Origin: Octopus vulgaris
Taxonomy: Eukaryota
DNA length: 64,000 nucleotides
Assembly: GCA_951406725.2 (NCBI GenBank)
Contig: OX597817.1
Location: forward strand, 67,332,001 to 67,396,000
Reading direction: 5' to 3'
The translations under genes and the position numbers were made by a program. Of this stretch, positions 1 through 13,662 are shown piece by piece. Under the pieces are notes generated by a model, which saw nothing but the letters and a program-made list of their open reading frames with translations, searched no databases and was not told the DNA's origin. The first letter of the stretch is position 1. Every line of letters begins with the position of its first letter.

Positions 1-383
1 TTCGTATCTCGACCAACATGTGTCCCCGCTACCGAAACGGTAATTATTTCTACGCCAGCTATGTTGTTGTTGTTTCTGTCTCATTTGGTCTAAAGTCGTA
101 TGACAACCACCGTTATATATGTTTTGTTTGTTCATTACCGTTTTCAATTTCGTTTTCGTCTCTTGTGTTTACATCCGTCTTGTGCGTTCACATTCCTGTC
201 TTCTACCAAGAAATCTAATGCTTACAGCTTAGTTTTTTTTCTTGGGGCTGGCCGAGTTGGAGCAAATATCAGAATTGAACAGCCGAAATTTGCTATGATG
301 GTTCGGTGTCTGACTGAAGATTGAAGGCTTCGAATGATTTGTCTGTGTTCCGTGTTCGTCCCTTCCTGTGTTTCACGTTCATT
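1..383 (+). mobile_element. Fragment of a (TA)n-associated interspersed repeat, probably a Penelope-like terminal repeat
   Basis: Carries the HHR-like motif and ends at a TA run; no coding capacity. The Penelope assignment is inference. Confidence 0.4.
198..328 (+). ncRNA. Candidate non-circularly permuted hammerhead ribozyme
   Basis: Core CTGAAGA 314-320 and GAAA 285-288. Stem III AGCAAAT 261-267/ATTTGCT 288-294 with an AUA triplet (H=268). Stem I TCAGA 269-273/TCTGA 309-313. Stem II GGCTG 246-250/CAGCC 280-284. Extra helices 198-205/321-328, 206-213/238-245 and 251-258/300-307. Confidence 0.7.
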
Positions 384-402
384 ATATATAAAAACATTCA
401 TT

Positions 403-403
<1 letters not shown>

Positions 404-456
<53 letters not shown>

Positions 457-467
457 TATATATATAT

Positions 468-559
<92 letters not shown>
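404..559. repeat. (TA)n then (GATA)n microsatellite
   Basis: Directly visible. Confidence 0.98.
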
Positions 560-560
<1 letters not shown>

Positions 561-562
561 CA

Positions 563-822
563 AAAATTACTTGGAAGTGGATGCGTGGCGTTCGATCATA
601 TAATAACAAAATAATAAATAAAACATATACATATATACATTCATATATGTACATACCTACATCTATATGTATATATACATGCATATATGGGTACAGGGCA
701 CCAAAAAAAAAAACGTAGAACACAATGAGAAACGAAAACATATGCATATCTATATACATATAGATGTAGGTATGTACATATATGTATGTATACATATGTT
801 TTATTTATTAATTTGTTATTAG
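563..822. repeat. Fold-back repeat terminus with inverted arms ~601-680 and ~745-821
   Basis: taataacaaa...gtacatacctacatctatatgtatata is inverted at tatatacatatagatgtaggtatgtac...tttgttatta. The head sequence ttacttggaa(g/a)tggatgc recurs at ~47826. Confidence 0.75.
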
Positions 823-898
<76 letters not shown>

Positions 899-904
899 AT
901 ATAT

Positions 905-1466
905 GATGCCTGTCCAATTGTGACCGAGGAAGACCGTTACTGACTATTGCCAATGCAAAATGTCAGCAATGCTTGTCCAATAAGGCTTGCACGACATCTC
1001 ATAGACCCTCTCCACCCTACTGATGTGATCCGAAGACGAGCCAGGGCAAAACATCTAGTGACAATGTGGGTCACAAGCTCAGGAGTATGGAAGCTCCATG
1101 ATCTCAAGCGCAAGCAAAAGATCCCAAAAATGTCCTGTGTCATTCCCTGCATATCTGGTTTTCTACCAGAGTGACCTTCTCCAAGAGACATGCCTTAACA
1201 AAAAATCCCAATGGTCTACCAACACGCCGGACACCAAACCGGAATTTTTGAAGGCTCTTGCTATTGCTAGATAGTCGTTGAGCCTACACTGGGATTATTT
1301 GTCCTTTGACAAGTCTTGTTTTTAGCCCTGCTTAGTCTCTAGCAACCTTCCTCAGCAAGTAAGCTCAGTGAGGTTGCCGATTTAATCGCCTACGACCCGA
1401 TTATGTGACAGGTTGTACTGGATTCCATGTTACTTGTAGCACCCATGAGGGACCTCACAAATGACC
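905..1466 (-). mobile_element. Possible degenerate non-autonomous RTE-like element
   Basis: Higher-complexity island between microsatellites. The minus-strand peptide RCRASLIGQ weakly resembles the RTE C-terminal CxSRIGL motif. Confidence 0.3.
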
Positions 1467-1959
1467 TGACACATACATACATGCACACACACATATACAT
1501 ATGCACACACACACACACACACATATATGCACACGCGCACGCACACATGCATACACACACACACACAATACATAGATATGCATGTACTTTAAATCCTTTG
1601 TTCCTTGTAGGGCATAGACCATTAACAACCTATCTCCACTGCTCTTGACTCTGGGCTGCCTTTTAGGCCTTTTCCTCCAGCTCTTGGTGGTTTTGGAATG
1701 TCATCGATGCTTCTGTAATTTTTATTTTTTCTAAGTAAGGCTGTTGGCCCTAGGCAAACCCATTATTTTTACTTCTAGGAGAGAAGGTTTATATTAGTCT
1801 GTCTCCTTTGATTTGCTCAGTATGGAAGGCTATCCAGGAGCTTACGCTCCATTGACACGAATCTCAGGGTCATTGAGACACAAAAGCCACCATTTGCAAC
1901 AGGTACTGGACTTTATGATGGATATATAATGTAACTATATTGGTAAAGTAGAGAAGATA

Positions 1960-3200
1960 CGAATGGTGATGATGCTGAAAGAGTCGAAAAAATACAAATC
2001 AGGCGTAATCCACCAGATGTAAAAACAGCCAAGAAGTGCTTCATGTACACACCGAGACATGGTTCGTGCAACGCAAATTCATTCGGCGTAAATCGGTTCA
2101 GACCGTTTGCAAGCATGATGCGGAGTGAACGTAGATCTGTTGTTAGCAACAGGGTCAAAGCGAGGGAAACAAAGAGAAGAGAGCTTCATTTAATTCAATT
2201 TTCTCAGCAGGGACAGATGACGAAATGTGAGGAACACAATGTTGAGAAAAAAAAAAGTTTGAATGAAATATGGAAGTCTAAGTTTTCTGATTCGTTCATC
2301 CTACGATGTCTTGCCATCGCCTATAAACCTAGTTAGATGGAACGTATCAGAAAAGGATATATACAGATGCGGAAAAGTCGGAACACTGAAACGTATTCTT
2401 TCCAATTGTTCACTGGCATTGAATAGAAATACATGGACGTACAATCTGGTCCTTAAGGTTATCTACAATGTTATAAAGAATCAAATTGCTCTCATCAACA
2501 GTGGCAAAAAAAAACACTGAAAGAACCAGCCAGAGATTTCATTACCTTTGTGTGCACAGGACAGTTGGTCCGTTAGACAAAGAAACTTCCTGTGAGCGAT
2601 GAAAAGTTGAACAGCTATTAGGATGTAGCAGCAGATTTACCATGGCGCCAAGGATTCTTTTCCATTCTGGTTACGAAGAAACCGGATATCGTCGTATGGT
2701 GTGAGGGAAAGAAAGCGATAAATCTAGTCGAGTTAACGGTTCCTCATAAAGATAACATGATCGGCGCTCGGAAAACCTCCTCGAGTAATGTGAAAACGCA
2801 ACCTTGAAAGCGGGCATTTTTCAATCGAAGTCGGATGTAGAAGATTCGTTGGATACAGTGTTAGGCAACTGTTGTTATTGTTAAGGCCTAACTCATCGTA
2901 AAGCAAATACCACCATGAATGATATCCAGACTATAATGGAAAAGGCAAGCCACTGGATTTGTTTAAAAAGAGACGATGAGCAATGGCTAGAAGAATATTG
3001 TGCGAAACCTGATAACCAGTTGATTTAGCAAGCAGGACTTCATTTCAGTGAGGGGGCGGGGCGCAATAATGCCGTCGAGAAGTGGGCCTCGAAACAGTTC
3101 GTATTCACTCCTGATGACCCCATAAACTCGCTAGCGTCCGGTATGCTGAGCTTTCAACTGGTAACACTTGCATCTGCTAGTTGCTTGAAAGAAAATATAT
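1960..3200 (+). mobile_element. 5'-truncated, frameshifted HERO-clade non-LTR retrotransposon (C-terminal zinc-knuckle region and RLE endonuclease, plus 3' UTR)
   Basis: Peptides PPDVKTAKK, FLIRSSYDVLPSPINLVRW...CGKVGTLKRILSNC, PDIVVW...LVELTVP (PD-(D/E)xK-type RLE), IEVGCRRFVG and EKASHWICLKR, in shifting frames. Confidence 0.85.
3050..3121 (+). ncRNA. Candidate permuted hammerhead in the HERO 3' UTR
   Basis: GAGG 3050-3053/CCTC 3087-3090 directly before GAAA 3091-3094. GCCGT-C 3071-3076/ACAGT 3094-3098 with a GUC triplet and one mismatch. GAG 3077-3079/CTC 3108-3110 directly before CTGATGA 3111-3117. Confidence 0.55.
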
Positions 3201-3398
3201 CATAAAAATATATAGTTTTGATGTGTTAGCATAGCCAAACACGAGGAATTAAAGCAACTGCAATTTTATAGTTTAGCAACTTTCAGGATAGAACCGAAGG
3301 TGTTTATTGGCTTTCTTTTCCTTTCTTTTTAACATTGTTTTTCATTATTTTTTTTTGCTTCTCTTGGAGTTTCGTTTGTGCCTAGGTGGTTTGATTAC

Positions 3399-3419
3399 AC
3401 GCACACACACACACGGACA

Positions 3420-3459
<40 letters not shown>

Positions 3460-3502
3460 CATGTATATACATGTATATACATATATATGTACACACACAC
3501 AC

Positions 3503-3563
<61 letters not shown>

Positions 3564-3768
3564 CATATATATACATTGATACATACATATATATATATAT
3601 GTATATACATATTCTATATACGATATATAATAAACACACACATATATAATGCATGTATATACACACACAGACATATATACATATGTGTGTATGTGTATGT
3701 GTGCATGTGCGTGTGTGTTTATGTGTGTGTGTGTTTGTGAGCATGCTCGTGTGTGTGTGTGTGTGTGT
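3399..3768. repeat. Compound (CA)/(TA)/(TG) microsatellite
   Basis: Directly visible. Confidence 0.95.
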
Positions 3769-4923
3769 GGTGGTTAGGGTTACATTCTCTTTGTCGAAAA
3801 TAACGAATTGTTGGTTCTTCTTTACGTGTTTGATTAGACTCAACTTTGTTCAGTTTATAAGCTGTTGGTGGTGAGGGTGAGGGTGAGCGTGAGTGCGAGT
3901 GTGAGCTAAGCAAAGATACGTAGGAACGTTTCTGGCAGATCACAACACAAACACTGAGCTAGCTTGTTAATACAAACACGCAACTTTAAATCTGTAGACA
4001 CTCGTAGAATCACACACCATATATTCAATCTTTCCTGCTTTCCTTCCTTCCTTCCTTCCTTCCTTCCTTCCTTCCTTCCTACGTTCTTTCTTTATCTTCT
4101 CTAGGTCACGATTTTTTTTTCTTTTTTAATTTTTGTCTGTTTTTTTTTATTAGGGGTGGGTGGGACCGAGGTAAAAAACACAATTAACCCAAACACAAGA
4201 TACGCTATACTAAGATCCACCAGTTCGCTGCCAAAGACACGATTATGTAAATGTCCGAATGCGGAGAACGACCGCCCTAAAAGACAGTTTTTTTTATTTT
4301 TGGTTTATTTGTTTATGTATTTACTTATTTATTGCTTTATCCATTTTAATGGGAGTCCATTTTTAGAGAGTGAGTATGGAACGGTGTGAGCGTGGGCGCG
4401 TCGAAAAGACAATGATATAGTGTGTTATAGATAGATATTGATGGGACGGTGTGACAATTCACCTGTCATCAGAGCCCTGTGGTTGGGCGGGGATCTAGAT
4501 TCTACTGTACCATGCTAAACCAATTTCATGATGGTACGGATCGGCAGTCAATGATATCGACGCCAGGTGTTTCACTAGTACGTCATTTTGTCGGCCCTGG
4601 AAGGATGGCAGTCAGAATTAACCTCAGCGAGTTTGGAACTCACAATATAAAGAACCTAAATTAATATTACAAAACATCTTGTCCAATGCCCTCCCCCCGC
4701 CACCAAATTCTATGAAATCTCCTCCCTAAACAATTTTTAATTAAGCATGCGCATGCACGCACGCACACACACACACACACACACATTCACGCAAACACGC
4801 ACATACGCGTTCGTGCACGCACACACATTCACACTCACGCATGTAGATGTGAATGTGCCTGCATATAGGTATGTGTGCATGTGTGTGTGTGTGTATGTTA
4901 GTGCAAGTCTGTACGTGTGTATA

Positions 4924-4962
<39 letters not shown>

Positions 4963-5516
4963 AATTTATGATTTATTGAAACTATCTTCGTTTCCAGAAA
5001 AGGTAAAGAAACACCTGATGACAAATGCGATCCAAACGGGGAAGGGAGATAATTTCAACATTCGGCAATACTCCTGAAATGACGATTCATTAAGGATAAG
5101 TCAGCCTGTTTTACTATTTCCTTTTCTATTTGTCAGCTGTGGACATTTGCTAGTGCTTCAATAGGACTCATCACCGGAGTAGTTGTCCTGTGTGACTCTT
5201 GCAGATATATGATTTAAGCATAATCAAAAAAAAAAAAAAAAGCGGAGAACATTTTTGATTTTAGGCAATTTGCATACTTAAAACAAAAACGATGTTTTAA
5301 GTACTCCTTGTATCTGTTCATTCTCCATCACAGCTTGCGACTAACATGTCGAAGCCAACTCCACCTGCCGTTCTGCAATAGTATGTATCGCCTTAAGATG
5401 CTGGCCAACAGATGCATCTTAGTGTCACGGATCTTGTCCGACTTGAGGGCATGCAGGATGCTACGGCTATACCAAAATGTTGAAATGGTTTAGTTGCTTT
5501 CATATTTGTCTCTTAC

Positions 5517-5812
5517 GGAGGCGCAATGGCCCAGTGGTTAGGGCAGCGGACTCGCGGTCGTAGGATCGCGGTTTCGATTCCCAGGCCGGGCGTTGTGAGT
5601 GTTTATTGAGCGAAAACACCTAAAAAGCTCCACGATGCTCCGGCAGGAGGTGGTGATCCCTGCTGTACTCTTTCCCCACTCTTTCATCTGTTGGCCTGCT
5701 CGCTTAGCCAGCGGGGTAGCGTCATTCGAAGGCTAAAACAATGCGAAGCACATTGTGACCAGCGATGTGTAACAACATCTGATGGTCTGGTCGGTCACGT
5801 GATCATGTGATA
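5517..5812 (+). mobile_element. tRNA(Arg)-like-headed SINE (family A)
   Basis: Box A TGGCCCAGTGG, box B GGTTTCGATTCCC, non-tRNA body. Flanked by an imperfect direct repeat ending tctcttac. The same head occurs at 32106, 35249 and 38381. Confidence 0.9.
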
Positions 5813-6301
5813 TTTTATCTCTTACAGTCTCTCCAGAACTCATAAACCTCATAAAAGTGGCTTGAGACCGATACACCTGCGCTCACAAAATTTATCTCGA
5901 AGTATGCCGAATGTAGTGTGGACTTTGAAAGAGATCATGCTGTTGATCACTTCTCGTATGTTTGCTGCACTTGAGATTGTACCGTCTGTTCAAGGAATTT
6001 CTCAACTGCCGATAGTTTTCGTAACATTTGCTGTGACCTGAGGTTTCTGCAACTACTTTCCAGGGGCAGAGTGGAGGCAAAAAACAAACAAAATACAAAA
6101 GAAAAAAACAAAAAAACATGATGGCGCTTCTTTCAGGATATGCGGCCAACAGATAGCATTAGCTATAGAGAAACCAAGGGATCATATGTTAGTCGATTTA
6201 ATAGGGAGAGTTCGTGGAGTCGGAGTGTAAAGGCAAGCCAAGCGTTAAGAGATTAGTCGTCCATGAAGAAAATGTTTTTGAGACCACTTGTATATGGGTT
6301 T

Positions 6302-6302
6302 G

Positions 6303-6385
<83 letters not shown>

Positions 6386-7141
6386 GTCTGCCTGCCTGCC
6401 TGTCTGTCTGTCTGTCTGTTGCCTGCCTGTCTGTCTGCCTGCCTGTCTGTCTGTCTCTCTATCTGTCTGTCTGCCTGTCTGTCTGTCTGTCTTTATATAC
6501 GTGTGCATGTATGTATGCATGTTTGTATGTAAGTATGCATGCATGAATGTATGTATATATGCATGCATGTATGTATGTATGTATGTATGTATGTATGTAT
6601 GTATGTATGTATGTATGTATATATGTATGTATGTTTGTATGTATGTAAGCATACATATGTACGAGGCGTGCTAAAAGGTTCTTGGTTTTAAGAGTGTCGC
6701 GAAAGGCCTGGTTAGAGGCCCAACCTTCTGAGTTCTTTTACAGGGTTTAGAAAAACTGAAAGGGCCGCTGCAATAAGTGTGTGAATCTGAGAGGAGAATG
6801 TTTTGAACAAAATTATAATTAACCGATCCTCTTGTATTTTCCTTTACCAAAAGCCAGGAACTTTACCAAAAGTCAGTATCTCCTTGTATGTATGTGTGTA
6901 TGTATGTATGTATGTATGTATGTATGTATGTATGTATGTGTGCATGTATGTATGCATGTATGTATGTATGTATGCATGTATGTATATATGTATGTATGTA
7001 TGTGTGTATGTATGTGTGTATGTATGTATGTATGTATGTATGCATGTATGTATGTATGTATGTATGCATGTATGTATATATGTATGTATGTGTGTGTATG
7101 TATGTATGTATGTATGTATGTATGTATGTATGTATGTATGC
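6302..7141. repeat. (TCTA)/(TCTG)/(TATG)n microsatellite block, interrupted by a mariner MITE
   Basis: Directly visible. Confidence 0.95.
6662..6886 (+). mobile_element. Tc1/mariner deletion derivative
   Basis: TA on both sides. Imperfect TIRs cgaggcgtgctaaaaggttcttggtttt / aaaagccaggaacttt...tcagtatctccttg. Internal peptide GLEKLKGRCNKCVNLRGECFEQ matches the mariner transposase C-terminal pattern. Confidence 0.8.
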
Positions 7142-7495
7142 ATGTATCTGTTGTTAAGATACATGCGCTAACTGTTAGTTATTTCTCTCAGTTCATTTTT
7201 GTTTACATTATGCAAATTATCTAAGGTATAAGTGTGTTCTTCTTTTCGTGTAGATGTAAGTCCTTCGGCTGCTGGAAATAAGCTCGGAGAGTTGTTGCAC
7301 TGTGAACTGCTATTTAACCAGAAACGCGTCTCACAACTCATCTTTTTACTTATAATTTTCTTTAACGGCATGTCAGTTCTGAAGAGGTGGAGCTGGTCTG
7401 CATTGCAATTTGGTAATTATGATATATCATCTTGAAGTGGAGATAATTTTTTATAAAGAAAGAATTTATGTTGTATAGTACTGAATCTATAAATA

Positions 7496-7910
7496 TGCAG
7501 GAGTGGCTGTGTGGTAAGTAGCTTGCTAGCCAACCACATGGTTCCGGGTTCAGTCCCACTGCGTGGTACCTTGGGCAAGTGTCTTCTGCTATAGCCCCGG
7601 GCCGACCAATGCCTTGTGAGTGGATTTGGTAGACGGAAACTGAAAGAAGCCTGTCGTATATATGTATATATATATATGTATGTGTGTGTGTGTTTGTGTG
7701 TCTGTGTTTGTCTCCCTAGCATTGCTTGACAACCGATGCTGGTGTGTTTACGTCCCCGTTACTTAGCGGTTCGGCAAAAGAGACCGATAGAATAAGTACT
7801 GGGCTTACAAAGAATAAGTCCTGGGGTCGATTTCCTCGACTAAAGGCGGTGCTCCAGCATGGCCGCAGTCAAATGTCTGAAACAAGTAAAAGAGTAAAAG
7901 AGTAAAGAGT
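7496..7910 (+). mobile_element. tRNA-derived SINE family B with internal (TA)/(TG) tract
   Basis: Box A TGGCTGTGTGG, box B GGTTCAGTCCC, CCTTGGGCAAG block, tail GGCGGTGCTCCAGCATGGCC...GAAAC and (GTAAAAGA)n. Many copies in the window. Confidence 0.9.
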
Positions 7911-8504
7911 TTCAGTCATTAGAGTGCAGCCATACTGGGGCAGCGCATTGAAGAATTTTAGTCGAATGTATTGACTCCAGTACTTTTTTAAAGCCTGATA
8001 CATAGTCTATCAAACTATTTTGCCGAACCGCTACGTAAACACACTAGCATCGGTTGTCAAGCGGTGGAGGGGGGGGGACAAACATAGACACGAACATGCA
8101 CACACATAGATACATTTATACGACAGGCTTCTTTCAGTTTCCGTTTACCAATTTCCCTCAATGCTTTGGTCGGCTCGGAGGCTACAGTAGAAAACATTTG
8201 CCCAAGGTGCCACTCGGAGCCATGTGGTTGGGAAGCAAGCTTCCTACCACACAGCCAAGCCTGCTCATTCGTCTGCAGCCTTGCTAGGGTAACGCTGTGA
8301 AGGGTTTAGACGAACAAAAATCAACCCCAGTACATCTTTTTACATCTGGTATTTATTCTATTGCTCTCTTTTGCCGAAGTGCTAGGTTACAGAGACGTAA
8401 ACAAACCGACACAAACAACACAAATACAATGACAACACACACAAGCACCTATACTCACCCAACACACACACATACACACATACATACATACATATATATA
8501 TTTT

Positions 8505-8672
8505 TTTATTGCCCACAAGGGGCTAAACATAGAAGGGACAAACAAAGACAAACAAAAGGATTAAGTCGATTACATCGACCCCAGTGCGTAACTGGTACTT
8601 TATCGAACCCGAAAGGATGAAAGACAAAGTCGACCTCAGCGGAATTTGAACTCAGAATGTAACGGCAGATGA
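8505..8672 (-). mobile_element. SINE family C (Meta-domain-like), partial
   Basis: Reverse complement of the 13663 family (GTCGACTTTG.CTTTCATCCTTTCGGG). Confidence 0.75.
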
Positions 8673-9726
8673 ACTAATATATATATATATGCATGCATGT
8701 ATGTATGTATGTATGTATGTATGTATGTATGCATGTATGTATGTATGTATGTATCCACACATCCACTCCTGCGCCTATATATACAAACATACATGATGGA
8801 AATCTCTCGTAGTCGGAGAACGGTAGTTCTGCAATTTCTTGCTGAACGAACTGCGCAAAATGATTTGTCTATGGTCATGAAACGTATGTTCTATACATTA
8901 ACTAATTTCTTCCATCAAATCAGTGATATCTGAACAGGTGAAAAGTGTACCACACGTCAGGTGTCCAAGTGATCACAGAGCAACGTGAGATGAAGTGATT
9001 TGTTCAAGAAAACAACGCACCGCTTAGTCTAGGAATTGAATCTACGATCTCGCAATTGGGATGGCAACGCTCTAACCTCTTGGCCATACGTATCAGACAA
9101 ACACACACATATACACACACACGCACACAAACACACACACACGGACACAGTTTGGTTGTACGTGGGCATCTGTATTTATGTATTTATGTATCTGTACATG
9201 TTTTGGAACTGCACGCATGAATTCGTCAAAATAGTCCTCTCTCAACAACGAACGAGTGGATATAAGAAAGACATCAACATTAGATATAACCTTAAATACA
9301 CACACTATCACACATTAATACACACACACACATTCACGCTGTAGCATGCTCACACACACTTCAGCTGACGCGCATTTACACGCATGCGTGCACAATATAA
9401 TTTATGAATGGCAATATACTTTTGAGGTCGCTAGTTCAAAGAACTATATATAAGTAGAATGACAAAGACTATTTTCGTTATTTTTGAAGCATATTTTCTA
9501 TTTCTGATTTCATCTGTATCATTAGATTCATTTGTTATTGTTGTAGCTGTTATTGTTGTCGCAGTTGTAGATTGTACGGATGTTATTTTATGTTGTTGTT
9601 TTTATATCTTAAGTTATTTTGTCGTTGTTTTTTTTTCTTACAAAATAATACAAAAAAAAAATGAAAGTAAAGGAGCGGTTGGTTGTTATTGTTATTGGCA
9701 TTTTACTTTATTCTGTAGTTAAGATT

Positions 9727-10655
<929 letters not shown>

Positions 10656-10959
10656 TGTTTGAGCATGTGTGTGTATTACAATGATAAAAATTATGAGCAC
10701 ATCACACAAGTAATGTAACAAACATTCCTATTTACACATGTAATTATATGTATGTCCCTTTCTGCATATATATGTGTGCGCATGTGCATGTACGCATACA
10801 TAGTCACGCGGACACATAAAGACACACACATGCCCGCATACGCATACACTTACACACGAGCGAATATATATATCACTCGGAAGTATTTTGACATTTTTTG
10901 AAAATAATATTCTTTTTTTAATTTCAAAGACAATTTTTGTAATAACCGGATAGAACTAG

Positions 10960-10975
10960 TACAACAACAACAGCA

Positions 10976-11039
<64 letters not shown>

Positions 11040-11040
11040 A

Positions 11041-11120
<80 letters not shown>
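10960..11120. repeat. (CTA)n trinucleotide run
   Basis: Directly visible. Confidence 0.98.
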
Positions 11121-11498
11121 TATCGTTGTCATCGTTTCTTAATTCCTCATTCCGATATTTTTTCTTATAATTGTCTATCTCCGATTGTGTATTTATATTT
11201 GTTCTTTTCCTCTTACAATAATTCCAGCTGTCTTTTTTTGTTTTTTACTTTTTTCCCCCCCTTGTTCTCACTCACTTCCTTCCATCTATCCTTTCTCTCT
11301 CACACACACACTCTCTCTCCTCCTCTTTGAACACAGCTACGAATACTGTGTGTGTGTGTGTGTACCTATGTGCGTGTGTGTGTGTGTATGGGTGTGTGAG
11401 TATGTAAATATGTGTGTATATGTGTGTGTGTATGTACATATATGTATTTATATATATATATGTACACATATTCATACACACATACATGCATACATACC

Positions 11499-11540
<42 letters not shown>

Positions 11541-11667
11541 TTTATGTATATTACATATATATATATACATATGCTTATATATATGTATAAGTATGTGTCT
11601 GTATATATATATGTGTATATATTTATAATATATATATATAACGGAAGGTTTATATATATATGTATAT

Positions 11668-11724
<57 letters not shown>

Positions 11725-11767
11725 TAATCCAAACAAGAAAACAAAAAACAACAACGCAAGGATGTGG

Positions 11768-11853
<86 letters not shown>

Positions 11854-12486
11854 CGTGTGTATGTCTACACACAGACAGAAATACGCGCGCACACGCATGC
11901 TCCTCGCTCTACAGTAACTTTTTTTTGGTTCACTTCTCATTGTTTTATAGACCATTTTTCTATTGTTTTACTTATATCCTTTTCCCAATATATTCCTGTT
12001 TCTTTCTGTTCATCTTCGTATTTTTTTTCCCTTCATTTCAACTTCATATTAGCTTTTTTTTCTATAATCATATGTATTTATATATATAGACACGCGCGCG
12101 CGCGCACACACACACACGCACACACACACACACACACACGCATAAATACATTCATTCGTATCTTTAAATGTAGTTTTTTTCCCGTTGGTTTTCTCTCGTT
12201 CTTCATTTGGAATGCTTTCCCTCCGTTTGTTTATCGCATCTGTGTATACGCCTCTTAACTAATTTTACCCACCCATTTTAAAAAGAAATATACCATGTAC
12301 TTTATGATGTTTCGTTCTCCTTTAGTATCCAATATTAGTCGCCGACAATATATATATATATATATACATGTTTTATATTTTATTTATATTATATACATAC
12401 ATACATACATACATACATAGAGAGAGATGTGGGAGAGAGGGTGAGAGAGAGAGGGCAAGAGAGAGAGATAAATAGACAAATAGATA

Positions 12487-12524
<38 letters not shown>

Positions 12525-12547
12525 CATATTATTACGCATAAATATGA

Positions 12548-12592
<45 letters not shown>

Positions 12593-12632
12593 AATATCTG
12601 TGTGTATACATATATATACATTTATATATATT

Positions 12633-12679
<47 letters not shown>

Positions 12680-13662
12680 CTCATGTATGTGTATATATAT
12701 ATATATTTCTTCCCTTCTTTCCTGAGCGTCCAATAGTACTTCATTTGTTCCACGTCCTCGCGTTGGTGTGTGTTTTTTTTTGTGTTTTCTTGTTTGGATT
12801 AACTTTATATATATATATATATAGCGCTCATATAACAACAGATATCTGATCTCATATCAGTACCCGCCTCTGCTGATTCCTCTCATGAAACCGCAAACTG
12901 CGATCAGCTGTTATTTGCCTTAAGGAACATCCCGGTCTACATGTTAGTCTCACATTTCCATAGAAAACCTTCCTCTTCCGTTTACAAGGCTAGCTTTTGA
13001 TCTTATTGATGCTTTAACCTCCAGCCAACTTTTCTCTTAATACTTAAGCCGCATATATTTTGTCAGTTCACTAAGCAGTCTAAGAAGCTTAAAGAGAAAC
13101 GCAACCATTTATATTTTGCTTCCTTCGCTTTTATTGTTAAAACGCTTTAGAAATTGGAATCGTTTCAATTTATTTATAAACGTAAACCCTCAAGTACTTA
13201 ATATCGGGTAGCTAACTACTTTTCTTAAAATAATCCGCAATAATTCTTCAAAGAATATTTGTCTAGCTTTGTTAATAAATATATGCAACGAACAACAACT
13301 TCCGTCCATATCTTTTCTTATTTCTTAAAATCAGATTAATCTTATAGTCAATGAGCTTTAACTGTCTTTAAGGAAAATCGTTACATCTTTTCCTCTTTTT
13401 CCATATTGTTTTGATTCCTCATTTCTGTTTTTGTTATTGAAAATTCTTGCCTAAACGTCATTTTAGCAAATTTTTGTGCCATATTCTTTGTTCAGTCAGA
13501 CTATTCTCATATCTAATAATGTTTCTCATATCTAATAATGTTTGGCTACATATCACTAGTAAGATATTATTGGATAATAATTAACCTCTTTACGTCTTGC
13601 ATATAAAATTTCGCGCGCACACACTCACACACACACATTAATATTAATATAGTCCAAGACTG

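Noticed and set aside
5010-5045. CTGATGA motif
   Set aside because: No GAAA, stem II or stem III in a compatible arrangement.
5517-5590. tRNA-Arg gene
   Set aside because: It continues into a SINE body, has a TSD and multiple copies, and lacks a proper acceptor stem and terminator.
12865-12915. CTGCTGA...GAAA...CAGCTGTTA, possible HHR relic
   Set aside because: The core is mutated and the helices cannot be built convincingly.
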